Shown: piece by piece, positions 13,529-26,050 of the stretch | Layout: each line of letters opens with the position of its first letter | Numbering within the stretch: the first letter of the stretch is position 1 | Assembly: GCF_037042905.1 (NCBI RefSeq) | Contig: NC_087252.1 | Span: 8,310,001-8,374,000 of the forward strand | Direction: 5' to 3' | From: Lytechinus pictus | Taxonomy: Eukaryota | DNA: 64,000 bases | Notes under the pieces: model-generated | Seen by the model: only the letters and a program-made list of their open reading frames with translations | What the model was told of the DNA's origin: nothing | Databases searched by the model: none | Made by a program: the position numbers and the translations under genes

Positions 13529-13861
13529 TGACTTTAACTCAGACTCTGTCTGGTATAAGGGGTGTATGGTGCTCAGAGCACTGACTGGTGGTGGGTAGTA
13601 TATCAGTCATAGCTTTCAGAATTCTTGTTCCTTGAAGTTAGCTGACGTCACTAAGGATTGGTATTTATGGTCAGTGTTTTGCGGAGGTAAATGGTAATGG
13701 GGGATTGGAATTCTTAAGATGACAATGGGGGAGTTTGTAAACAAGTGAATGTCAATGAAAGGACAAGGAAAACTAAGAAACTTTCATCATTTCTTACCAA
13801 AGAAAACTATTAATTTCAATATATCCACTTTTAGAGTAAAATTCACATTTAGCATGCTTAC

Positions 13862-14076
13862 CCTGTGATAACCTTGAGTACCTCCAGTAAATGAATTGCT
13901 TTTTGAAACCAGCTCATTTTCATGGTTAACTTCGCATTGACTATGCTTGACCCCTGGTAATCTGGAATACCTCCTGCGTGTCCTGCAAATTGATATCCCC
14001 AGCAACAAGATCGAGATCGGAAAGAATACGGACAAATCAACCGCGATACCACGCCAACTTACCGACCCGTCATGCA
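13862..14076 (-). CDS. Ig receptor exon 6: transmembrane helix plus start of cytoplasmic tail
   Basis: ttttag acceptor, gtaagc donor, phase 1 to 0; HDGSVSWRGIAVDLSVFFPISILLLGISICRTRRRYSRLP (hydrophobic helix followed by a basic stop-transfer cluster). Confidence 0.7.
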
Positions 14077-14127
14077 CTAAAATTAATGGGAAGAAACATG
14101 GCTTAGTTAAACCCGCATACATTCTTA

Positions 14128-14238
14128 ATTCCGAAGCTTCATTATTCCGATGGTTCGTTATTCCGAAGGTTCGTAATTCCGATGGTTCGTTAGTCCGAAA
14201 ACAAAGTGAGGTTCGTAATTCCGAAGGTTCGTTAATCA
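14128..14238 (-). repeat. Inverted array of the same 16-bp unit (GGTTCGTTATTCCGAA)
   Basis: The reverse complement matches 13344-13450, including the TTTGTTTTCGGA spacer. Confidence 0.8.
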
Positions 14239-15605
14239 GCCATCATCTACAAGCTTAACTGCTCACCATGGCGGTCTCCTGCGTTCATTTGTTTATGCTG
14301 CTTTTTATTATCATCCTAATGTGAAGTATATGCCCAAACTATTTTTTTCTAATTATGTAATGTGAAGTATATACCCAAACCATTTTTTTCTAATTATTAT
14401 CATGTTTATGTTGTAAACATTATGGATTGTTTTATATATTGCAAACAATGTAGATAATTTTTGATAATGTATTGTGAACGCAGAAATAAAATAAAGCAAA
14501 CAAACAAACAAACAAACAAACAAAACTTAGGTTTAATTATCACAATACCGCCTAAGTTACGATTTTTTATGCATATTAGGTCGAGAGGTTGATTTATGTG
14601 CACATTGCTTTAAAGTCAGTATCCTAGTCCCCTCGAGGTTCGTTAACGACGCAAACCTTCTGATTTATTCATTTGCAGACTATATTACATATGCTACAAA
14701 TCTTGGAAATAAATACGTTTTGATTCACACATTCTGATGAATCTTGTGCTGAATTTTGAGCATCTGCTACTTTTAATTATAACTAAATGGGTACCCGAGG
14801 CTGAAAATAATATGATTTGAACAAATAAAGAAAAAACTCACAAACAAAATATTAAAAATTTGATCAAAAATCAGACAAGGAATAACAAAGTTATGGCACG
14901 TTAAAGATTTGCATTATTTCGATTAATATTGCTCAATATTTTAATTCATGTTTCGTCAATGTAGGTAAAAAGTATCAAATTCTATTACATCAACCTAATC
15001 ATTTAATGATGTTTTACCAAATAAACAATTCAACTCCTTCTTTGTCAAACCAATCCCTGTAAATGAAATTATAGAAATAACATCATCTCTAAACATTAAT
15101 AAAGCATGTGGACCGGATGGTTTAACTCCAAAAATTGTGAAACAATGTATTCACCATTCTGTTCATCCCTTGTGTGATGTGTTTAATAAATCATTTACTA
15201 GAGGAACCGTGCCAGGCAGTATAAAACTTGCAAAGATAATACCAATATATCAAAAAATAATGTGGATAACATTGAAAAATATAGGCCTGTGGCTTTATTA
15301 TCAATATTCAGTAAAATTCTAGAAAAGCTGATGCACAAAAGAATGCATGGTTTTCTTAAGATTTTAGTACATCATTCAGTATATGAAATTTTACCGATTT
15401 TATCTTAAAATAATTAAATAGAGGTAAGTTTAGTTGTGGAGTATTATTATCCAAGGCTTTTGACACCATCAATCACCACATTTTTTGAAAAAAAAATTAT
15501 TATGGGGTTCCACTGCAGTGGTTTGCCAGATATTTACCGAATCGTAAACAGTATGTGGTGATCGATGGTGTCGAATCCAATCGGTATTCCAAAAGATTCA
15601 GTTTT

Positions 15606-18522
15606 TAGGCCAAGAGCATTAGGCCAAAATAGGCTTAAGAAAGGAAATTTCTGGTAACATGCTGATTTTTTTTTCAGGATAGGTACAAGAAAATGTCTAG
15701 AATAACATATTAAGTCTCCATAAATCCTCCATGGGGGGTTTCCGTAATCCAAGATGGCGTCCAGAATGGCCGCCATTCACAGAAAATGGGCATAACTCAC
15801 TCATTATTCACCCTAAACATCAAATTTCAATGCACATTTCATGGTTTAAAGAGGTGAAGGGGCTAGTGATACAGATAACAGTGAAAATAAGCAGACCAGG
15901 GAACCTAAAAATCCAAGATGGCGTCCAAAACGGCTGCCAAAGCCTAAAAATCCACTATTTATCTATTACTTCCTTCAATGTCTTTAAGTTTGGTTCTATT
16001 CAATGGTTCTAATGGTCAAGTAATAATTCGGGACGAGCTACAAGGACAGTCAATGGTCAAGTATGTCCGAAAATCCATCTGGCTTTCAAAAATCTAAGAT
16101 GGCTGTTTTTACTTACGAATGGACATAGTTCATTCAATATCTGCCTGAGATATATGATTTTGGTGTCTAAACCATGGTTTGAAAGGTCAAATAATACATT
16201 TGGACAAGTTAAAAAGACATTCAGTGGTCAGGTATGTCTAAAACTAAGAGATGGCTTCCAAAAATGGAGTCTTAATTGACCGCTGTTACTGAAAAATTAA
16301 CATACTTCATTAAAAAAATCCACGTGAGAGATATAATTGTGGTGTCTTAACATTGATTTAAAGAGTCGAACAATATATTAGCACAAGTAAAAAGGACAGT
16401 CAGGGATTCAGTATGTCTAAGACTCGAAGACGGCTTCTAAGAATGGAGTCTAAAATGGCCGCTGTTACATACAAATTGACAAAGTTCATTAAATATCTGC
16501 ATGGGAGATAATATTTTGGTGTCTAAACCATGGTTCATAGGGTCAAATAATACATTTGGACCAGTTAAAGGCAGACAGTGGTCAATTATTCCCAAAACTG
16601 CAAGATGGCTTCCAAAAATTGGGTATATTAGTTATGATTGGTTAATTTTATAAAAAAAATCGACCGTTTGTTTAATATACACCTAAAAATATGTTTTCGG
16701 TGTCTAGACCATGGTCCAGTATGTTCAGAAATCCAAAATAGTTTCCAAAATGGAGTATAAATCAGCTATATCTGGAGGAGAGACTTGTGGATCATAGTGA
16801 TTCAGTTTGCTTTTTACCTCCCAGGCACAGGAGATGCCTAAACAAATAATAAAAGGACTTATGAGACTTACATATGGACATAGTTAATTTGATACATGCC
16901 TGATATATATGATTTTGGTGTCTAAACCACAGTTTGAAGGGTCAAATAATATTTTGGGATTGTTAACAATGATAATGCAGTTGTCCATTTTTTTCCTAAA
17001 AAGCCAAAATGGCTTACAAAATGGCGTGTAAATGACTCCAATCACTTACAAAAATGATCATTATTCATACAATATCCTCATGTGAGGAATAATTGTGGTG
17101 TCTATGCTTAAATACATTTGGGTAAAGTAATCTTAAGGATTTATGAGTAGGTAACAACAGGCATATTTGCTCAATTTGGGAACCAAATTGCACATATAAT
17201 GGACAACTGAATATTCTTGTGATCAACTTGTTCTTAATATATACTTGACATTTCAAACCATAGTGCAGAAACAAAGTTTATTTCTCACAGGTGAATATTG
17301 AGTATGGCTATTTTCAAGCGCTGAGAATTAATTCGCCATACTGGAAGCCATCTTGGATTATGAAGGAAAATTGACAATTGCATATAATCATGTCCCAAAG
17401 TATTATATGACACTTGAAACTATAGTATAGACACCCAAATATTATCTCTCAAATAAAATCAACTATGTTATTTTCTAAGAAACATCAGTAATTTTTAGAC
17501 TCCATTTTTGGAAGCCATCTTGGATTTTTAGACATACTAGACCTCTGACTGTCCTTGTAAGTTATCCCAATGCTTCATTTGGCTCTTTAGACCATGGGTT
17601 TAAAAAACCAGAATCATACCTCACAGGCAGATATCAAATAAAGTATGTATTTTTTTAAGTACCAGCGGTCAATTTAGACTCCATTTTTTTGAAACCATCT
17701 TGGATTTTTATACATACATGTACTAGACCTCTGATTGTACTTTCTACTTGTGCTTATGTATTATTCCGACACTTAAAACCATAGTAAAGACACCACAATC
17801 ATATCTCTCAGGTGGATTTCTAATGAAGTATGACAATTTTCCAGTAACAGCAGGCAATTTAGACTCCATTTTTGGAAACCATCTTGGATTTTTGGACATA
17901 CTTGACAACTTAATGTCCTTTTAACTTGTCCAAATGTATTATTTGACCTTTCAAACCATGGTTTAGACATCAAAATCTTATCTCTCATGTGGATTTTTTA
18001 ATGAAGTATGTCAATTTTTCAGCAACAGCGGTCAATTTAGACTCCATTTTTGGAAGCCATCTTGGATTTTTGGACAAACTTGACCACTGAATGTCCTTGT
18101 AACTTGTCCCAATTTATTGACCATTAAAACCATTAAATAGAAAAAAAAAATTAAGGACTTTACAGTAAGTAATGGATGAATAGTGGATTTTTAGGCTTTG
18201 GCAGCCATTTTGGACGCCATCTTGGATTTTTAGGTACCTTGGTCTGCTTATTTGTACTCTTACCTATATCTCTAGATCTTTTTATCTCTTTAAACCATGA
18301 CAAATGTACTGAAATTTTATGTCTAGTGTAAATAATGAGTGGTTTATGCCCATTTTCTGTGAATGGCGGCCATTTTGGAAGCCATCTTGGATTACGGAAA
18401 ACCCCCATGGAGGATTTATGGGGACTTTTAGAATGTTATTCAAGACATTTTCCTGGACCTATCCTGAAAAAAAATAGCTTGTTACCAGAAATTTCCATGT
18501 TAAACCTAATGCTCTTGGCCTA
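15606..18522. mobile_element. Academ-like non-autonomous foldback DNA transposon
   Basis: Termini TAGGCCAAGAGCATTAGG...CCTAATGCTCTTGGCCTA, long inverted arms, internal ~120-bp repeats carrying CAAGATGGC. The TTT 3-bp TSD is deduced from the split LINE codons. Superfamily is inferred from the TAG...CTA ends and 3-bp TSD. Confidence 0.75.
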
Positions 18523-19136
18523 TTTGGGGCCGCTTTTGTTTATTTCTATATGTAAATGATATTATTTTCTCATCGAAAACGTTTAAGTTCTCCTCGTTTG
18601 CAAACGACACTGCTGTTTTATGTTATCACTCTACTCTACCTAAATTGATTTCTACATTTAATTCTGAATTATGTTACTTAAATGACTGGTTCAAATGTAA
18701 TAAAATACAACTTAATCTTGAAAAAACAAAGTATGTCATCTTCCATTCCAAAAAGAAAAAAAAAGTAATACTGTTGAATATGTTAAAATTGACGGCATTG
18801 CTATTGAAAGGAAAGATTTATTGACTTTTTAGTTGTCACTATCCAACAAAACTTGGAATGGAAAAACACATTGATCATGTTTGTAAGAAGGTTCTAAAAT
18901 GTATAGGAATTCTGTACAGACATCAGGTTTTTTTTGCCCCTCAGCATATTGCTTAACTTAATATTTCCCCATCTTAACTATTGTAATATTATTTTGGGTA
19001 ACAAATTTATCTAAATTGCTTATTTTACCAGAGAAAGCTATTCGTTTGTTAACAAATTCTCATTATATGAGTCCACGAGCGCCACTTTTTGTTAAACACA
19101 AAGTATAACCTTTATTTGAATTAATTCGTGTAAATA

Positions 19137-19954
19137 CGAAGAGCTCACTTGCAAAAGGGGTTAGGTCCATTTTTTCATCAAATTTGATTTCTATGTCTTA
19201 ATGTACAGATATTTACTAGCTCTATAAGATGATACCAAAGAAAAGTTTAAATTCTTATTGAAAAGTGAATTAAAATGGCAAAGAAAAATCACCTTTTTCA
19301 AAAGGGGTTAGGTCCATTTCAGTTTAGTTGCAAAAGGGGTTAGGTCCACACAGATTTTTTTTTTTGGAAAAGAATATCTTAAAAAATATGAAGACAGGTA
19401 GATTTCTCTTATACCCAATTTATGTTCTCATGGTAGGGTATCGTGAAAATTTAGTTTCGCATAAGAATATTGCAATATGTGAGAATAAAAACATTTTTTC
19501 TTGTAGTGGACCTAGCCCCTTCCGCAACTCAACTCTTTTGACGAACTCATTTTGTCAAAAGGGGTTGGTCTATTTTTCATAAATTTTATTGTTTTTTGTC
19601 TCCAAACCTTTAAATTTTTAGTCACTCTGATGATACCAAATACAATTTGAAATTTGAAAATGTGAATGAAAGTGGCAAAGAAAATTCACTTTTTAATCAA
19701 AAGAGATTGGATTCATTTCAGTTTACTTGCAAAAAGGGGCTAGGTCCACAATGATATCTTTTTTTTTAATATATAGAAAAATAAATGAAGACAGGTAGAT
19801 TTCTTTCATAACCCAATTTTATGTTTACATGATAGGGTAGAACATCATGAAAATTTAGTTTCTCATAGCAATATTGCAATAAGTGAAAATAAAAAACATG
19901 TTTTTTCTCGGAATGGTCCAAAGTGGACTTAACCCTTTGCAACTAAAATCTTCA
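19137..19954. mobile_element. Non-autonomous Tc1/mariner-type element (TA TSD)
   Basis: TA|CGAAGAG..TTGCAAAAGGGGTTAGGTCCA ... TGGACTTAACCCTTTGCAA..CTTCA|TA. Removal restores LINE codons V-N-T-L-I-F. It has an internal ~400-bp duplication. Confidence 0.75.
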
Positions 19955-21348
19955 TACATTGATTTTTATGTTTAAATTTCACAAAGGCATCCTTCAAGAA
20001 ATTTCTCACGAATGTTTTTTTTTTCAAAAGAAACCTCTCAAATTCATAATTACTCTACTAGACATCAAACCAACTTACGTATTCCTTTTTCTAAAATTAT
20101 TTTTATTCGTAATTCGTTCAGATATATCGGGGCGAAAGAATTGAATTTTCTCACTTATGATATTAAAAACAGCCCAACAGCGTCACGATTCAAGTCACTA
20201 TCAAAGTCATTTCTGTTAAATTATTTAAACAACTCCAACCCCCCCCTGTAATTGTCTTTTATCATTTTTTAATCTTGTCTTGTCTTGTCTTCTCTTCTAT
20301 CTTCTGTGTTTTTGCATTGTGTGATGATGAATGGGTGTGTGTGTGTTTATTTATAACTTGTCTTTTTAGCGGTTATGATATATGTGTATTTGTAGGGCCC
20401 GGCTATAAGCAGTTTTGCTTCTTAGGGGTTCTGACCATTTAGTAACCTATAACCTGTTATATTTTGTATCAGTTTGTTGGTATCATGCTATTTTTGTAAA
20501 TATTTTGATTTTTTTTAATGGTCAATAAATTGAATTGGTCACAAATTTGTCCAATCACATTTCAATGTAATGGTGAAAGAGTTCAAGGCATGTCTTCATG
20601 AAGATTCATTGAGCAAACTGGTGATGTCATATCCCTACTTTTTTATTCTATTGAATGAAATGGAAAAAAAATGTTTTTCCTTTTTTTTCTAATTTCCTTT
20701 TGCAAAAATGGATTACAACTGATTTAATGTATACAATAGATATTCACTGCTGCCAACAGGGGCAGCGGAACGTATTTCTGTGGGGGGGGGGGGGGCAAAG
20801 CCAAAAAAGCAATTATAATTATGTCAAAATGTGCATTTTGATGCAAACGGATATTTTCACCATGATATTATTATGTGCTGTTTCGTAGTACTTAAGTTAA
20901 GCAAAACCTTTTGGAAACGATTTCGGAATATTAGAATATATATTTAGGCTTTATTTTTCCGCGAGCAAGCGGTTTGGAAACATTTTCAAATCTAAAGTAG
21001 TGCTTTTTGGTTAATATCGCGCAAAAATTGCAAAACATGTTGCGAGCGCGAATCGCGAGCTCAAACTTTTGGACATTTCATGTACTAATAAGACCTGAAA
21101 ATTATTTCAAGCAGTGTGGATGTGACATCATCAGCCAACCTAATGAATGATATGACGATGTGCATACAACTGTTTTCACAAAATAAAGCTAGGATTTGAA
21201 ATTCATCAACTTCATTATTTTTTATAAGATTTTAATGAAATTTTCAGCATTTTGTTCAGTAAATTTTACTTTTTTTATTCAGATCATTTTCAGCCCGGAA
21301 TACCCCTTTTAAGGATACAAGCCCATCATAAAGGAAACTAATACATAC

Positions 21349-21448
21349 CTGTTCCCTCTTTGAATGTAAGTTTTGTTGATGATGCATTTTGAACTGCGTC
21401 CCCTGCAGCTTGACATAAATAATAATATTCCAACCCGGACCGAGGAAC
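21349..21448 (-). CDS. Ig receptor exon 5: second half of C-type Ig domain (not in the ORF track in this frame)
   Basis: ag/gtatgt boundaries, phase 0 to 1; VPRSGLEYYYLCQAAGDAVQNASSTKLTFKEGT supplies the Y-x-C missing from exon 4. Confidence 0.8.
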
Positions 21449-21465
21449 CTATCATACAACACAAT

Positions 21466-23268
21466 TGTTTCGCAGAGCGAATAGATTTTAGTTTAAATTC
21501 ATGTGATAGAAAAATTTGATGAACATTTGCTTAAACCTTTAATTTGAGGGCACCATAACGGACATGCGCAGTCAGTGAAAGTTTTGTTTACCGTTTTCGC
21601 TTGTCGCCATGTTAAGTCCTTGAGAACGCTACTCGAGCAGGCTAAGGAAGATTGTGGAGCTGAAATATGGACGCTAATTCGTCTGTTTTGCTACAAACAA
21701 GAATTGTTTTGAATGAAGACTTTTAGTTCTGCCACAGAAGTAAGTGATGAAGAAAGGAAGACGTTAGAACTCATAATTTAAATTGAGCATATAGGCCCAA
21801 GTCAGGAAACCCGAATGAACTCAGTTAACCTCATTTGCATAATAATGTAAATTATTTCAGCGTGTGCTATAGTATTGCCACGCCCAGTCATGTTCATGTT
21901 CAAGTGGAAAAGTTATGGAAAAATGCGTCAGTGTAGCACATGAAAATTATGATTGTTTGGTTCATATTCCAACAGTTTGGGGATGAAATTTATGTGTAGA
22001 AAAAATGTACCAAATTTGAAAGACATTTTTGGAAAGGTAAAGACGAGGGTTTGTTATGCTCATGATACATCTAAATGTTGATGCTATGTTATCAATTTTA
22101 AGAGAATTGCCAAGTCAGCAATTAAGTTTGGCAGATATTAATATCATTAAAATTGAAATGCACTAGAGTGTGCACTAGGTTGTTTTGGAATGCAACCGCT
22201 TTCATTTTATGTCCAAAGAAAAGTTTGGTTTGAGATAAACAAGAAAATATGTTTGTCTTGCAAAATTCATGGCAGAGACCAGGATAATTTAGAAATTCTA
22301 TTCACTTTGCAGATCATTTATCAGGCTTATATTTTAGTGGTTTGCATTGAAATTTTACTTGGCAGTTCTGGAGTAGATATCAATTAAGGAGGTATTAATT
22401 TCTCAAGTGTAGAAATTGAAAATGGTTTATTTAGTGTTGTAATTTACACATAATTTTGGGTTAAAATGAAAGTCAATTTGCACTGCAAAAGGAGTATTGT
22501 TGACATGGTCACATGTCATTTATTCTCAACTAATCTGTGATGAGAAACAGAATTTATAATTGCTACAAATCAAGCAATTTCGATAGTTATTTGATAGTTA
22601 TTTTGAGATATGAATTAACCCAAGAACAGAACAAGCTGGAGTTTATCGGAATATTCTAGCACTCGAGCCTCGGTTACTCATATATATTTAATTCAGTGTC
22701 AAAATCAGCTGAAGTTTAAAGAGTAAAATAATTGAAGTAAATTCAACTTTGAAGTGAAGTTATGTATATGCAAATTTATTTCAAAGCACATGCAATTTCA
22801 ATTTGCTGAGAGTCATTTGAGATGAGATCATTTAGAATTTATTTTTGCCTTATGCAATTGAAAGGTTAATATTTTTAGAGGTACAAGTGAAATTATAGGA
22901 CTGTTTTTACTTATTCAACAGTCCATTGGATTGAAAACTCAAGAGCATTAAAGCCTGATTGAGTTACTTTGGTATTTGTAAGTCGATGCAATTTTCTTAT
23001 TTTGGATATTTGAGTTAATTGGTTAAAGGAGATTATGCAAATTGGAATCAAACATATTAAGGCTTAGATTGAGGTTAAATATGAAAATAGGTTAAAAGCA
23101 TAACAAATCTGTTCTGTCAAAGAGTATTTGATACAAGCATTCCAGTTAATGCATGAACATTTATGATTTATTCTTTTCTGTTTTGCAGATCGAATAATAA
23201 AGCTTTACGGCTTTGTATCTCAATTACGGTGGAACTAAATTTCTTGAATCGATGTCCCTTTCGTCAAC
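21466..23268 (+). mobile_element. Possible long solo LTR
   Basis: TGTT...AACA ends, with AATAAA about 70 nt before the 3' end. No clear TSD and no second copy in the window. Confidence 0.3.
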
Positions 23269-23589
23269 AAATCAACAATACTATAAAGTTTATTTCTTTC
23301 ACGCAGTATGATTTAACGATTTTGAGAGTATGTTTCGAATTAATTGCAGAGTTTTATAACGAAATACAACATCAAGATTTAGTATATCAAACCAAGTATC
23401 GTAAACAGGCAAAAAAAAAAACATTAGGGCCAGAACTACTCTATACAAAAAATTACAAATTAGCAATCCGATCCCAAGCTAATGTTTCTTCTTTTCCCTT
23501 TGTGATTACCAATAAATTATACCATAGTGTAAAGTAAACATAGCAATCGGTCATTTATTAAAACATCAATGACCCCCCCCCCTGACCAG

Positions 23590-23746
23590 CTTGAAGACCT
23601 TTTTATTTTCTTTATGTTTGCTTGTAATTTTTTTTCTGGTACGAAATCCTTTATTTGTGATTGAAGACCTTTTTTTTTTCTTGTCAAATTTTTTTGGCGG
23701 ACGGTTTTGCCTCCCCCCCCTGTGGAAAATCCTAGGTACGCCACTG
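23590..23746. repeat. Partial copy of the CAGTGGCGTACC-terminated MITE (complete copy at 52598-52908)
   Basis: Near-identical GAAGACCTTTT/GGTACGAAATCC segment and the end GGTACGCCACTG. Confidence 0.75.
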
Positions 23747-24496
23747 TGTCGCGCTAAAATGATCTCTAAGAAATACATTGTGTGTGTGAAAAAAATGAAA
23801 CCTCACATGTTCATGCAGTTTGTCAGCTAGGGCTCAAACTTTTACGAATATTGGCCCTGGCAAGCTTGAATTTACATTAAAAAAGAAAAGAATACACAGC
23901 GATTGTGAGTCCAATTGGGTATTTGTCTAATTTGCAATTTTTGATTTGTAAGGAATTATTGAAATCATAAATTGCTCAAAGATTCTTTCCAGTTTTAGAC
24001 ACTAACCATATAAATCATGAAACGGCTAAGAAAAATCTCTGAGTGCAGACGATTGAGGCATGAACCCGTAATTTGAGCATCTTTTTGTCACCCCGCGCAA
24101 TTTTCATAAAATGTATGTGTTCAAATTCATCATGTTCATGAGCGTGTTTATCTCAGAGAAATAATTTTACGACAATTCGGATCCAGACAAATGGGAAACA
24201 TTTCGATCAGTCGATGCGACATCAAGACATGAACATATAATAATTTGTCGCCGTTAAAATAAAGGTGAGGGAAAGATGAACATTGTGTCAAATAGGTTAA
24301 AACCCGTGTTGCTATTTAGGCCTATACTTTGTTTGATTTTGTAGCTCAAAGTAGTACATAGTAATATCGAAGACAATTAAAGCTGCATCGTTTCTCTCCG
24401 GTTGACCGGCCTACTCTTTTCTGCCAAACTGTCATGGATATAAACCATTTTAAATCTAGATCGTTAACAATTATGATGATAATAAAAGAGAATAAC

Positions 24497-24732
24497 CTTA
24501 AGAATTGATTTGACGTCATATATTCCGTCCTTCTCAACAATTAGTGGACCTAAAGCTTGTTCCATTACTCTGTCGTCACTCCTAATCCATGTCAGGTTTA
24601 CTGGAGGACGTACATCGTCAAGTTCACAAACGAACACGAATTCTTTAGGATCCGTGGGAACATTGTATGTACATTCTCCCAGTATAAAGGTGTTGCAAGG
24701 GCCAATTATTGGTCCAAGGGAATCTGCCAAAA
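24497..24732 (-). CDS. Ig receptor exon 4: Cys linker plus first half of C-type Ig domain
   Basis: ttttgacag acceptor, aag|gttatt donor, phase 1 to 0; GPIIGPC..GECTY...FVCELDDVRPPVNLTWIR...DGIYDVKSILK. Confidence 0.8.
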
Positions 24733-25033
24733 CTGTCAAAAATCATGAAAATGACAAAAATAAAGCAATAGTTTATTTTGTTTGATATGTATTACATGTT
24801 ATTCATCGTATGAATATAACGAATGATAAATTAATACAATTTAGTTCATGTATTATTACGATATTGATATTTTATTTATTGTAATTATTTTCATCTTCGA
24901 AGAGGAAATCAGAAATTCCATCCATAGAAACACAACAAACTTCTCAGAAGTATAAGTGTAATGAATGAAAAGCACCACGGCCAGGTCCATCATTGTCATG
25001 ATTATGCCTCCCTTGGACTTTATTCAAATTTAC

Positions 25034-25337
25034 CTATGATTCTTAGGTCCGTGTAGCCCCATGTCGTTTTCCCCGTCCGAGGAACAACGACACAAGAATA
25101 GGTGGTCTCTTATCAGAAGTCTGTAGTCTTCCGTGATTCTGAACCTCTCTATCCCTGGCAATGGATCCGATCTTCCAAGGAATTCCGAGGCAACAAGTTC
25201 GGCGTCATTATCAGGAGCTCCGGTGGAGTTGTGCTTGTACCAGTAGACGGCATCAGCAGGATCTGTGAAGCTGCAGATCAGTGACGCATTTCTGCCACGC
25301 ACCACTTTCACGGATCTCTCAGTGTGAAGTTCGAATG
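25034..25337 (-). pseudogene. Ig receptor exon 3: second IgV domain with a frameshifting deletion
   Basis: cttgacag/gtaaat boundaries; GRNASLICSF..AVYWYK...YRLLIRD, then TYSCVVVPRTGKTTWGYTDLRII in another frame. The D-x-G motif is missing and the length (304) is not a multiple of 3. Confidence 0.85.
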
Positions 25338-26050
25338 CTGTCAAGACGAAAATAACACAACTTTGGTAACAGTTTTTTTTTAATTATTATTAACATAATT
25401 TACTGTGGAAAACTGTTTAAAATTTTGATACTTACGTAGTCATATTAGTTGCAAAACATTTTTTAACCATAAATCATATCAAGCACAATACCTAAAATAC
25501 TGTAGAATATTTTTTCTTTCATTAACTTCTTAAGCTTGTTTTCTTATTTTTTTTACAGTGTTGGGAGAATCCTTACGAGGCCTACGTGTAAGTCTTCAGT
25601 CTCTACTCCAATAAATTCATTTTTTATAGGGCCTATTATAATTGTTGAAGCTTAACGGTAAAGTCCACCCACTGAGAACAAAAAAACTCTATTTGAATCA
25701 ATAGAGTAAAATCAGACAAGCCTAACGCTGACAAATTAATCAAAATGGGATAAAAACTAAGAAAGTTATATTTCGATTTTCGCATATTTATCGCACAAGA
25801 GTTACATGCACAACTCAATGATATTAAAATCCTTTGTAAATTACCATTATAATATAGATACATAAATTGGCCTAAGTGAAACTATACCAATCCTTTATTT
25901 TAGATTTTAGATTTTAGATTTATTTTATCATATACAGTGCGTCCCAGAAAAAACAAAACAAAGATTTATCGATGATTTATTATAACTTAATCACAAATAC
26001 AATAGACAAGTGACCTACCATTGTAAAGCTTAGAATCTCCTCTTTTATCT

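Larger units (their letters stand above)
14921..20537 (+). mobile_element. 5'-truncated, degraded L2/Crack/CR1-group LINE, interrupted twice
   Basis: Fragmentary RT: KACGPDGL, AKIIPIY, YRPVALL..FSKILEKLM, SKAFDTINH, NRKQYVVIDG, (G)SVLGPLLF, FAND, HNYSTR. The 3' end is AATAAATTGAATTG. Confidence 0.85.
14787..21308. mobile_element. Kolobok-like palindromic MITE split by nested insertions
   Basis: Left arm (ATGGGTACCCGAGGCTGAAAAT...GCATTATTTC) resumes near 20572 (GGTGAAAGAGTT...GATGTCATATCCC). Right arm ends TTTTCAGCCCGGAATACCCCT+TTTAA. Homologous to the intact copy at 51642-52215. Confidence 0.6.

Noticed and set aside
24346..24460. Extra Ig receptor exon
   Set aside because: It has an AG and a short open frame but no recognisable domain, and the exon 4-5 junction already completes the Ig fold.
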